Positions 26,278-37,872 of a stretch of DNA of 64,000 nucleotides are shown here, one piece after another. The notes beneath the pieces were generated by a model. That model ran no database searches. It saw only the letters and a list, made by a program, of their open reading frames with translations, and had not been told where the DNA came from. The first letter of the stretch is position 1. Each line of letters starts with the position of its first letter. The stretch is from Chiloscyllium plagiosum (lineage: Eukaryota). Where the stretch lies: the NCBI RefSeq assembly GCF_004010195.1, contig NC_057718.1, forward strand, positions 41,747,803-41,811,802, given 5' to 3'. Both the position numbers and the translations under genes were made by a program.

Positions 26278-28769
26278 CTATAATTCTTTGATATTTCATT
26301 CAGTCACATGTCTATTTGACCTGCATTACCTGAAGCAACATGATAACGTATTCAGACTGTGAACTTTTTTTAAAATTATAAAGTATCAATGATAATTGAG
26401 ACATTTTCTGGTCACAGATCATTCATTACTTTTTTATATCAATGTCAATAAATTCTATTGTTGACTTGCATGAGAAATGTGAATGCTCAGATTTGCAATG
26501 TTCAGCAGCAATGTTGTTCATTGGAAGTCTGATGGCAGCAGATGATTGACTTTGTCACTGGCTCTGTGCTGCTCCTGAGTCAAATTCGGAAACTTCAACA
26601 CCACCATCCATTTATATTCAATAACTTCTGAACAATGGAAGCTGAAACAAAAGATGGAAGCTGGAAGTATTGGATGGCTTGAAGATCCTCTAATGTTCAT
26701 GGCATATGGATACAATATAGTAAGCAGGAAAATAGGAAGGAGCTATATTAGGATAGCTCACCAACATGCTCCAACCTCTGGGTAATTTTCCAGGGTGGTC
26801 TGGGAAACAGATTAGTTGCCCATTCCATTGCAGCTGTTTCATGCAATAAAGCCCGTTTTGCCTTGACATTGGGATTTTATTGGCAGTGAACCATACCCCA
26901 GCACATGGGGAGGCTGGCAGCACAAATGAGGTGTGTGGCCTTTCTGTGGCACACTAGGGGCAACTCTAACCAGAGGCTTGATGCCCCAGTGATGGTACCG
27001 TGAGGATGAAATTCCCCATGTGCGAATGGCCCTATGAAAGCTTTTTCCCTCCAAACCAAAGGATCCACTAGCTTTTGACCTCTAATTAATTATGCCTGTC
27101 CAGGCACATGGGAACACGTCCATATTAATGCATCCTCATGCTCATTTGCCTGCAGTGGCCACCTTCTGCATTGGCCTGCAGCATCAGGAACCTGCCTGCC
27201 ATCCTTAATAGCAGAATAAGCGTGGAGGTGGCCAATTAGGAGATGGTTGCTCCTGTGGGTGCTCTGTTGTGGAAAAGTTCAGAACCTCCAGCTAAGCCTA
27301 ATATCAGCATCCAGAAGCTCGCTGGTGAGTCCGGCCTGTTATTTCAGTCTAATATCTTGGGAAAGTGCACAGCATCGCAAATGGGGATGTCTGTCATTCT
27401 CTATACACACCAGATCTGCAGTGTGGACTCCACCCCACTGCATCACCATTTGGAAAGATCATGAAGGAAGGGAGTACTTCTTTCAGGGTGTGCCCTGTGC
27501 CAATAGAGTTATGACCCCTCAGTTTGTGCCTCCTGCCTGAATTTCAAAATCCAACACTCATTCCCTCCATAGGGTGCCCAATCCCTCTCCACCCAAAAAT
27601 ACCTAATTTGTCTGTCTCAAGTATCCATGACACTACTCTGTGGGCCTCCTTGCAATCCCAGTCATACCACTACTCTCTTCTGGTGTTATTGGGATTACAA
27701 CAGCAAGTCTGCCTTCCATCAAGGGGTGAAAGTCTCATTTTCTGCTTGTTTAAACTGCCCATATAGTGATATTGCTGTGCAGCAGGTTTTTGTTAAAGTC
27801 AGTCACGACCAGGCATGGGAACAACATACTCAGTCCTAACCCTTATTTTACTCACTGTAAAATTGTCAATGTTATTTGATTATTGGTGCTGTTCATTTCC
27901 TGGTCGGCTGTCTGTGAGAACTCTTTAATATGATTAGCTGCTTGACCAAAATGGAAGACATCACTATACCTTAATATTGGAAACATCCAATGAGCAGGAT
28001 TACAAAAATGCCTGTTTCCAACATAGAGATTATTCAACAGGTCAGTGAGATTTTCATTGAGGTCAGCTATGAATGCCCTAGCTAAGTTGTTGTAAATTGA
28101 CAGTGCCACATCACTCACTTCCCAGTTAATTTATTTTTTAATTACTTATGCTATCAAGATGCTAAATAACTGATTTCCAACAAATATGATTTCTTTTTAC
28201 CTGTTTTGTGCAGGGCATGGGCACCTGGGTATCTGTAAGTATGCAGATTTATACCAGTAAAATAATTGGCTAGATTTTTAACCTGAGAATTGTGTGGCAA
28301 AGCTGTCTTGGGCCTGAAGATGTCACTGAAAGGTGAGTTAATTTTAGTTTAATTTCCTTGTGTGCACTGCAACAAAATCCTGGGCCATTTTTGCCTTGCA
28401 GTATTTTTTTTCCTCCCCACACTGCACTAAATCCTTCCTAAATACTCATCTGATTACCAGAGATTATTCCTTTGGGTTTCGAAAACAGCCTCCCGCTGTT
28501 CAAAATACCACCATGTTGAGGTGCAAGATTGATGCGGCCCTGCAGTTAAAATCTCCTGTATCTCTTGTTGCGGAAAGCTGTGCAGTTTACCATCTGCCTC
28601 AACCCAAACATCTGCGCGAGTTAAATTTGGCTCTTTAATTGAAAAACAAAATCTCAGTTTAACTTTCTCTTAGCGAAGTCTACTGCAATGCAAATAATCC
28701 CACCACTCAAATTTCTAATCATAATAATATTTTCTCATTCCTGGCATTATCCTTGCAAATGATATTGTA

Positions 28770-29106
28770 CGTATCTAGGTTTATAATATCATGAGGGGCA
28801 TAGGTAAGGTGAATAGCCAAGGTCTTTTCACTAGAGTAGGGGAGTCTGAAACTTTGAGATGAGAGGGCCAAGATTTAAAAGGTTCCTGAGGGGCAACTTT
28901 TTCCAGAGAGTGGTGCATATATGGAATGAGCTGCCAGTGGTTGAGATGAGTACAATTACATTTAAAAGACATTTGGACAGTTACATGGATAGAGGGGTAT
29001 GGGCCAAACACAGGAAAATGGGACTAATTCAGCTTAGGAATCCTGGTCGGCATGGATGAGTTGGGCCAAAGTGTCTAATTCCATGCTTTACGACTCTATG
29101 ACTCTA
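28770..29106 (+). mobile_element. CR1 3' fragment
   Basis: RGNFFQRVVHIWNELP...FKRHLD; tail gactctatgactctat. Confidence 0.88.
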
Positions 29107-30839
29107 TTTTCCAGATTGATATGCCCAAAACCTCAAACCATGCTATTATTGTGGTCCAATCAGTGATTTGTATAAAGCCAACATTATTCATTTTCCCGAC
29201 TATAAAATCCAAAATTCTCCCTGTTTGTTTGAGTGACATTTTCTGCCTATCCTGATACTGACATGAATGTATTCAATTTTTTTTCACTGTTTATTGACAT
29301 CTTTCAAGACATGTCACTTAGATATACTTCTTGTCTTTACATCCCGTGACTATGACCTCTCACCTGTCCACATTAAATTGCACTTGCTAACTGCATGTCA
29401 ATTATACTAATCTGCCTCTTTCTGAAGTCTTTTACAGTCTTATCTCAAATTGTCAAACCATATACTTTTGTGACATCAACGTATTTAATATTGTGATCCT
29501 ATATCCAAATGTAGATTAGTTGACTATTTTGCTTCACTTAACTCTCCCACTTAGCCAGGCTCAACTTGAGGAACAGAGTAACATATTTCTCCTGGCCACT
29601 CTGTAGTTGCATGTGATGTTCATCATAACTGTTTTTCATACAGCAAGGTGTTGTTTGGTGGATGGGTCTGCAGGTGCATATCAGAGGGGAGGCAGTTTGG
29701 GATTTGGAACATGGAACATGGAACAAGAAGCTGGGGAAGAACCCACAACCTGGGAGGTAGCTTTTTCCTTTCTTTTAAGGTCCAGTCTAAATTCCATTTT
29801 TAGAGCTTCGCAAACATCTTACAAATATTATTTTTCCCTTGTTATTTTATTTGTTTGGGCCTGTCATTTCAGTCTTTTAACTACAAAACTGTGTGTTTTA
29901 ATGTCTTTCCATTATTGTGCTGATTGATTTCAATGCCATCTGAGTTCTCTATTTGACAATGTGTAGGCCATTCAACCCATTGATTGGTCAGATGTCCACC
30001 TTGATCCTTATTTTTATCCTTACTGAACTGTTTGGCTATTTTTGCTTTTTGTTCTAACAAAGGATCGACACTGGAGACAATAACCCACTTTTTCTCTCTG
30101 CATGGATGTTAACTTCCCTGCGGTGTTCACCTCTGTTTTTACTTCAGAATCCCAGCATTTGCAGTTTCCATTTCTTTTGTAGTTGCAAATGTCGGTTTTG
30201 GTTCACTGACCCAAGGATAGACTGAAAGACTTGATGGATGATAGAAAGTCATGAAAACTAAAACCAAAGGGAAATATAACATTTTTAAAAATTAAATTAA
30301 ACCAAGTCATTTGTTAATTGGAAAACGAATGAACAATTTAGCTCAAAAATGGAAGAAACCTCACTATGGACTGGATTAGTGTAGTTTCTGGTTTCCTTTC
30401 ACTGCCAACCAGAATGACTAACATAGCAGACAGCAAATTACATACATTGTTCAATGTTTACAGCAATTTCTTCCATCTAGAACTGGAGATGTAGTGATCC
30501 CATTCTGAATCTCACGATCCACCCCTCCACCTTCCTTGCACCATGGCAGAAATACGTTTTGTTTTAAAGAATGCGTTGCCAAGGTTTACTGAGCTTTATT
30601 GGACAGCATTCCCCCAGACCAGTGACTTCTACCACTGAAAGAACAAGATCATGGGAATATCATAACCTCCAGGCTCTCCTCTAAATTACACATCATTCTG
30701 GCTGTTCCTATTTATCATGTGATCCCTATCCTGGACTTCCCAATCGAGCACCAAACTGAGAGCCCCTCCAGCATAAGGAAAACTCTATTAGCACATTTCT
30801 CAGTTCAACTAGAGGTGGACAATAAATGCAGCATTGTAT

Positions 30840-31451
30840 GTAAGGTGACAGGATTGGTGGAGAGATTGGTTAATAAAGCATACAGTATCCTCATATTTTA
30901 TTAATAGGGACATCAAGAACAAGGTGTTTATATTGCACCTGAATAAGTCATTCGTTAGACCTCAGCTTGAGTATTGTGTATAGTTCTGGGTGATACACTT
31001 CAGGAATGATGTGAACTCACTGAAATGTAGAAGAGATTTACAATAATGTTTCCGGAGATGGGAAACTACAGTTATGAGGAAAAATTGGAGACACTGGGAA
31101 AAGGAGGAGATGAAGAGGAAAATGTAAAGAGGAAATCTGAAAGGAGTTTTCAAAAATATGAACAGTTTGGACCAAGTGGATTGGGAGGATCTGATACCAC
31201 TCATAAAAGTATTGAGAAGGAGAGGGCACAGAGTTAAAGAAATTTACAAAGGAAGCAAATGCAATGCAAGGAAAAGCTTTGTCTCACGGCGAGTAATTAA
31301 GGTCTGGAACACACAGTCTGGAAAAATAATAGTGGTAGTTTCAATCAAAGCATCCAAGAGGGTATTATATGGTTAAAAGAATAGAAACATTCTACACGGT
31401 TTTGAGGAAAAGGGAGGAGAACAGCATTAAGTCATAATGGTCATTTGAAGT
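30840..31451 (+). mobile_element. Old CR1 3' fragment interrupted by a PLE
   Basis: gttagacctcagcttgagtattgtgta (VRPQLEYCV) and RVIKVWN; the sequence resumes after the TSD at 31772-31786. Confidence 0.75.
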
Positions 31452-31771
31452 TTTGAATGTTGGTTTGTTCGCTGAGCTGGAAGGCTCATTTCCAGATGTT
31501 TCATCACCCTAGTGGGTAACATCTTCAGTGGGCCTCAGGTGAAGCACTGCTGAAAAATCCTGATTTCTATTTATATGTTTGGGTTTCTTTGGGTTGGTGA
31601 TGTAATTTCCTGGGGTGATGTTATTTCCTGTGGTGAAGTCACTTCCTGTTCCTTTTCTCAGGGGGTGGTAGATGGGGTCTAACTCGATGCGTTTGTAGAT
31701 AGAGTTCCGGTTGGAATGCCATGCTTCTAGGAATTCTCGTGTGTGTTTTTGTTTGACTTTTCCCAGGATGG
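31452..31771 (-). mobile_element. Penelope/Poseidon-type PLE 3' end with 15-bp TSD
   Basis: TSD atggtcatttgaagt at 31437-31451 and 31772-31786. Minus strand encodes ILGKVKQKHTREFLEAWHSNRNSIYKRIELDPIY, like a GIY-YIG C-terminus. Confidence 0.88.
31492..31531 (-). ncRNA. Minimal hammerhead motif (CpG-decayed stem III)
   Basis: cca-CTGAAGA-T-GTTACCC-acta-GGGTGAT-GAAAC-ATC-tgg: 3-bp stem I and 7-bp stem II with wobbles. Confidence 0.7.
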
Positions 31772-33582
31772 ATGGTCATTTGAAGTAGACACAATAGGAT
31801 GAATGGCCCCATCTGCATATAATTTGATGATAAGGTCAGTATCAACCAAATCCCCAGGAATAAATAAAATACTGATTCATAGCATCTACTCAGACAGAAT
31901 ATGAGAGTGATTGTGTTCTTTAGGCTGAGGTCTGCACATTTTTCTAGTAAAATGGGATCTATCTTTGATGCTCTTACCCTCCTGATTATGATCAAGTGAG
32001 TCCTGCTAGAAAACCTACAGTTGTTCAGCCTGCTAACATACATTATCAAAGTTAGCTTGTAAAACAATGATCATTTTGGTGAAGTACTGGTGATCCACAA
32101 GAGACCATCAAAACATCAAAAATAATCACATCAGAAGGTGATAAGGAAAGGGGAGGCAAAAAAGAAATGTGTGAAAAAGTGCCTCTCCTCTTATATTATC
32201 TGAAGGAACACAAAATCATAAAGCACATAACAACCATAAAAGGCCACTCTTTTGTTGGAAGTAAATACCACATGCTAATATATTTAACCAAAATTTCTCT
32301 CTTCATTATTTTATTTGAAGTTTAACTCACTTACATTTGTGGAAAATCTCCACCAGAACTTTTAATAATGTAATGGCAAGAGGCTCTTTAGGCAAATGAG
32401 ATACAGTTTACCTGCTAGTAATCCACAGTGATTCTCGTGGCATATTTATCAAAAACCTTGAGAGGACATGAAGGCTTTCAATCCAACCTAAACATATCAC
32501 ATGCATCCTTGCACTAAGGTTCGGAACATCCAAGGTCACATAGAATAATGTCAACTATAAAATGTTTTAATAGCCATGAACTGGATTTTACACACCCCCA
32601 ACATCCCCACACGCCCCCCTCCAAATGGCATGTTGTCAGAGTTACACAAATAGAATATGACACGTGGCTAACCATACCCTGACTTTCTACCCCCTCCCTA
32701 ACTCCATAAAACAATAGGCTGCTGGCTGCTGAAATAGGCACCCTGCCCACCAATTTTTAACAAAATGTTAACAGACAATTGAGCTTGTTAACAAGTGAAT
32801 TGGCCCAAATCCCAAAGATTACACTGTCTACACCATAATGCAGTCAATGTGGGCAGGCAGGCAGGGGTCAGAAGGCTGTGTCACAACCTTTATTTGAAAA
32901 AGGACGAGGGAAACAAATTATTTGTGGGGGTCGCCTGTGTACATCAAGGGTATTCTCCACTAACTCCTCTCCCACTCTCAGATGTTATCTCCTCCCCTTG
33001 TTCTCCTCTTCCTGGCCTCAAAAACCTGCCCTCACCCCAGATCCCACCCCTCTTGGAGTCCACAATCCATTCCCATCCAAAGCCTGGGGCCTAATTAGCA
33101 GTAGTGCTCCACTGCCTCAAAAACAGGATTCCCAATCACTGAGGGAAAGAAGTCTGATGCTCATCCCGAATTGGCTACCTGGAAAGTGGTGTGACTGTTT
33201 TTCCTTCCAGAGAGTGTGCATCCTGTACAGTTCATACCCAGTTTTGACTGTCAGACTAGATTACGTTTAGCTGCCAGTTTATTTCAGAGATTTACTGGAA
33301 GCCAAAGAAAAAATGCTGTAAAGCTAATATCGGGCTTACTGATAAATAAATGTGTTTCATGAAGTCAAATAGAGTCCATACAACTGAAAAGGCTCTATAT
33401 TTGATTTTGGGACAGGAGTTTGGTGGCCACACAGAAGCAGAAACTAAGACAAACAGATGTGTAATTTCCTGACATTAGTCTTCACACAGGCTTTCTGACT
33501 TTGTTTCGAAGGCAAGTGATTTTATGCAGGAGGGAGAAGATGACATCTGCCTAGCCCCTCAAATCTGAGGAATGATCAATAA

Positions 33583-33898
33583 TCATAGAATCATAGAATC
33601 CAAACAGTGTGGAAACAGGCCCTTCAGCCCAACAAGTCCACACCGATCCTCCGAAGATTATCCATCCAAAGCCATTCCCTGCTACTCTACATTTACCTCT
33701 GAATAATGCACCTAACCTATACATCCCTGAACACTATGGGAAATTTAACATAACCAATTTACCTAAACTGCACATCTTTAGATTATGAGAGGAAACCCAA
33801 GCAGACATGGGAGAATGTGCAAACGCCACACAGTCGCCCGAGGCTGGAATTGAACCCAGGTCCCTGGCGTTGTGTGGCCGCAGTGCTAAACACTGAGC
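33583..33898 (-). mobile_element. HE1-like V-SINE
   Basis: Minus strand: gctcagtgtttagcactg, B box ggttcaattcc, partial V-domain, and a (gattctat)n tail. Confidence 0.88.
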
Positions 33899-34499
33899 AA
33901 TTAAACCTGTTAAATTTGTTATTGACAGCTCATTAAGGGGTAGTCTATCGTTCTTGTTGGAAGGCATAGGATCCTCACTGAATCCGGGATGGGTCAAATA
34001 AAAGGAAGTGGCAACACAGCCGACAGCCAATTGTGACTAGCTTAAAAGAGGTGGACTCAGAAGGATGCAGGGCTGAGAGAGGGCAGCCATCCATTGACAT
34101 AGAGTTGCCATTGGCTGAGTACAGTGAGTGCAGCTAATGGCTTGTTCAACCCCTATCACTGGGAGAGATCATGCCCCTTCAAGTTTTATGGGGCCATGAG
34201 ATTGGTATAGTAACATTATGAATGCAGTTGAATCCAAGCAAGACAAGAGCTGGACATGGGTTTAAGGTCCTCAGAAATGGTGGCAAGTAGACATTCTCAG
34301 GAATAGATGCAGGGCACCTGGCAAATAGGGGGGTTGGGGGCAAAGGAGAGCAACAAGGAAAAAGAAGCAAATAAAGGTCATGCTCTTAGTATTGATTCCA
34401 CCAGTGAAGAAGCAGTTTACCCGGATGTGTGAGAGAATCAGTGTCTATTTTGGCAGATAGTGATGAGGATAATTGTCTTACTGAAGAAAATCTCAGACC

Positions 34500-35130
34500 T
34501 TGCACTGTTGCTTTCCACACTGTGCACAGAGCAGTTAAAACACAGTGGCCTTGGATTTCTTCACCTCTGGCATATTCCAAGGATCACTTGCAGATATTGG
34601 TGGTGTCTCTCAAGCAACAGCACACAAATTTCATCTGACAGGTAACAGGCATCCTATTTGGAAAAACTGGGCAGTATGTAATCTTTCAAGAAAAGGGAGC
34701 CTTACAGGCACAAATGGCCATGTTTCCATTGCTGGCTTCCCATAGGTGCAGGGCATGACTAACTGCAGCCACATGGGCATCAAGGTGCCAAGTAAGCAGC
34801 CAGTGAGATTCCCAAGCAGGAGAAGGGCTTCCACTCTCTAAAGGTTTCACTGGTATACAGCCATAGTGTTTTCAACAGGTGTCTCCAGTTTTTCTATTGG
34901 CTGTCATGTCTCTCATCCTGTGGAAATTTAGAGTGCTACTGCTATTTATGTTGTCACTGAGATTCCATAAACGGCTTCTAGGGAATAAAGGATATCTCTT
35001 GAAGCGATGGGTTTAACACCTCAGATGTTCAGAGAAAGGCACAGAGATGTTAAAGCCAAAACCACTTGCTTATAACGATGACACTGAGCAGACCATTGGC
35101 CCTCTGACAGTGCAGTTCTGGTGCCGGGCA
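34500..35130 (+). pseudogene. PIF/Harbinger transposase relic (HARBI1-like)
   Basis: Ordered motifs VALDFFTSGIFQGSLADIGGVSQ, IAGFP*VQGMTNCSHMGIK, RKGFHSL, LLGNKGY and EQTIG match Harbinger motifs (FQ..GISQ, GFP..G.IDCTH, NRKG.HS, LLGD.GY, E..IG). Stops and frameshifts are present. Confidence 0.85.
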
Positions 35131-36986
35131 AAGTGGGATGCTACCTCTCCAGTCCCCTCCCACAGGGTCTCACACCTTGTGTTCTTCCTATCATGCTCCT
35201 CCAGAGAGCTCTGGACCTTGAAAAAGGGTGAAATAATAAAGTGTCATAGTTCATTAGAGTTAGAGGAAGATGAAGACTTGTTCTGATCTTGCTGATAACA
35301 CTCGTACATGTTTCTTTGCCGTTCTCAGTTTCAGAAATCATTGCTTCTTCTCAGAGAACAAGAAAATTGCTTTTCTCACACAACTTCGTACATGACCTCA
35401 ATGTTGGGATCATTAAATCGTGGGGTTGCTCTGCATGACCCCTTCTCTTCATCACTTCTTTCTATTTGAGTCAAGCCAACACAAGAGCTCTCTGCCTCTT
35501 TTCTGCGCTTGCCACTACAAGGTGGCTGTTAAACTCTCTCTCTAGTCCATTAGGGCTGACCTCCTGGAAAAAGGCAACTTGTATCTCCTTTCGCTGCAAT
35601 GTGGAGTTGAGACCCAGAAATATTATTGCCATTGGAGAGTCCCAATCTTAAATTAAAAATTGCTTCCCCAGGTCTCTGGTGAGAAATTTAATCCTACCCA
35701 GGGTTCCAACACAGCAAAATATTTATTTCACATTGTAGCTATGGTCACAGATTTGAAAAAGTAATTAGTCCGTCATGTATTCAGTGACCCTTGATGGAAA
35801 TGTGCACATTAGATGGTGTAATGTCTGATTGGACACACTCATTCATATGTGTTCTGCCTGAAGGTCGATCATAGAGCCATAGAGCCATACTGCACAGAAA
35901 CAGATCCTTCAGTTCAACCAGTCCATGCCGAACATAATCCCAAACTAAACTGGTTCCACCTCCTGCTCCTGGCCCATAATTTTGTCAATGGTATTTTTCC
36001 ATTGGTTTTCAATGCAATTGCAGGTCTTAAATTTACCTCAGTCAAAAAGGGGATTGAATTCACATTGTTGCAGCATTTGGAATCATGTGCAAGCCAATGG
36101 AGCTAATTGCCCACCTATTATGATTCACCCACCATTAATTAACCTGTCACCGCATTGTTGCATGCTGGCACATTGAGTGAGTTTTAGAGGTCTGTTGGTA
36201 CCAGCAGAATATACACAAGCAGGAGTTAACCTCTTCAGAAGAGAAGTAAAAAAAAATTATCGCAAAGAATGTGACATGTGAACATTTTCTGTACGGCTCC
36301 GTTATAATGTCCTGCATTGCGATCCAACTTGCAAACAGACTCAAGAGTGCAGCCCGTTTGCAAACCAGAGACTGCCCTCATTACTTTAAAACTTACAGTT
36401 TAATCATCCAAAAAAATGTAAGAGAAAATTGCTTTCACCATAAAATATATGCACAGATGCAGAGGTAGAAAAGGGAAAACCATCAAGCTTAGTAATATTT
36501 ATTCTTCAATTAGGATAATAATCATCAAGCAGAAAATTATCTCAAGATTATTATCAATACCTAGATCCCAGGTAATGGAGAGAAATGATCTAACATATTT
36601 TCAACCAATTCATGTCACATATGTGAGGTTTTTGAGATACTTACTAGGAAAGAATAGTGGAAGTGCCTTCCCCAAACATTTTAATCTTTGGTCAACATTC
36701 TCATGGGTGGTCTGCAACCAAGCAAGTGGAATCTCACCTGTCCTTCACCCAGAGAATGGTGAGCCTGTAAAATTCTCTGTAATTAAAAGCAGTTGAGGCC
36801 CAAAATATTGAATGTTTCCAAGAAGAAGTTAGATATAGTTCTTAGGGCTAAAAGGATCAAAGGATATGGGGATCAGCAATGATCACATTAAATGGTGGAA
36901 TAGGTTCAAAGGGCCAAATAGCCCACTCCAGCTCCTGCTCCTATTTTCCATGTCTCTATGTTTGCAATAGGAGTCTTACCTGCACC

Positions 36987-37872
36987 CATTTGGCATAAGT
37001 ATCCCTGTTGGATGTTAAGTTTGAGGTAATCTTTGCCCACCAGAACTGTCTAGAATTGGTTCAAATGCAACTATTCTGACTCCGAGGTGGGAAAATACCA
37101 ATAAGCTCTCAGCCATCTGTGCAGAAATTAATACATCATGGAGTATTCAGCTAGCATTTAGAGACAATTATGCAGTCTCTGTTATGTTATAATAATGGTA
37201 AACATTGATTTTCAATATTTGACTCCCATCATTTGATTTTAATATATAAGACATGATATATTGGACTGAAAAGGGTTTTAACAAAGGACAATACTGGCTA
37301 TAAATGGCTGCTGTGATCACCTGACTAGATTGAACCAAGCTCATAAGAGGACTTTGAAACTCAAATCTGTATTTTCCTGCTGATTCATCTAGAAGTTGCA
37401 CATTGCATTGAAATATTGCCTATGGAGCATTCAGCTTGGAAAAACAATATCTAGACTCAGGAATATATAAATCGACCTTTACTGACAGCTGATCCGAAGT
37501 AACACAGGAGAGACAAGAAAAAAATGGATTTGCAAGCAAGAACTGGAGGACACCATTTCTGCTTGTCACTCTCTCGCAACCTCAAAATCCTTTGCCAGTG
37601 AAAAAGGAATCTTGGAGCAACTGCTCACTGGTACCTCAAGATCTACCAGCTTTTCTACTCCTGAAGAAACAAGACTGCAAACAAATTGTAAACTCAAAAA
37701 ATTGTAAACTGCAACTGTCTCTACCTTCCTGTTTTTTTTAAACCAGATGCCTTTGCTCTCCCCTCCTTCTGTACGTGCATTTGATGTTGCATTTTTAAAA
37801 ATGATCTTGCGTTTAACAAATAAGATGTCATTTGGCACAAATATCCCTGTTGGATGTTAAGTCTGAGGTAAT
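36987..37872 (+). repeat. 44-bp dispersed direct repeat (36987-37030 and 37829-37872)
   Basis: catttggca[t/c]aa[g/a]tatccctgttggatgttaagt[t/c]tgaggtaat, 41/44 identical, period 842 bp. Confidence 0.9.

Noticed and set aside
30050..30180. Additional hammerhead
   Set aside because: Looks like a PLE tail, but the core (ctaacaa...gagac) is too decayed to count.
34545..34745. Domesticated HARBI1 gene
   Set aside because: In-frame stop, frameshifts and degraded motifs indicate a dead transposon.
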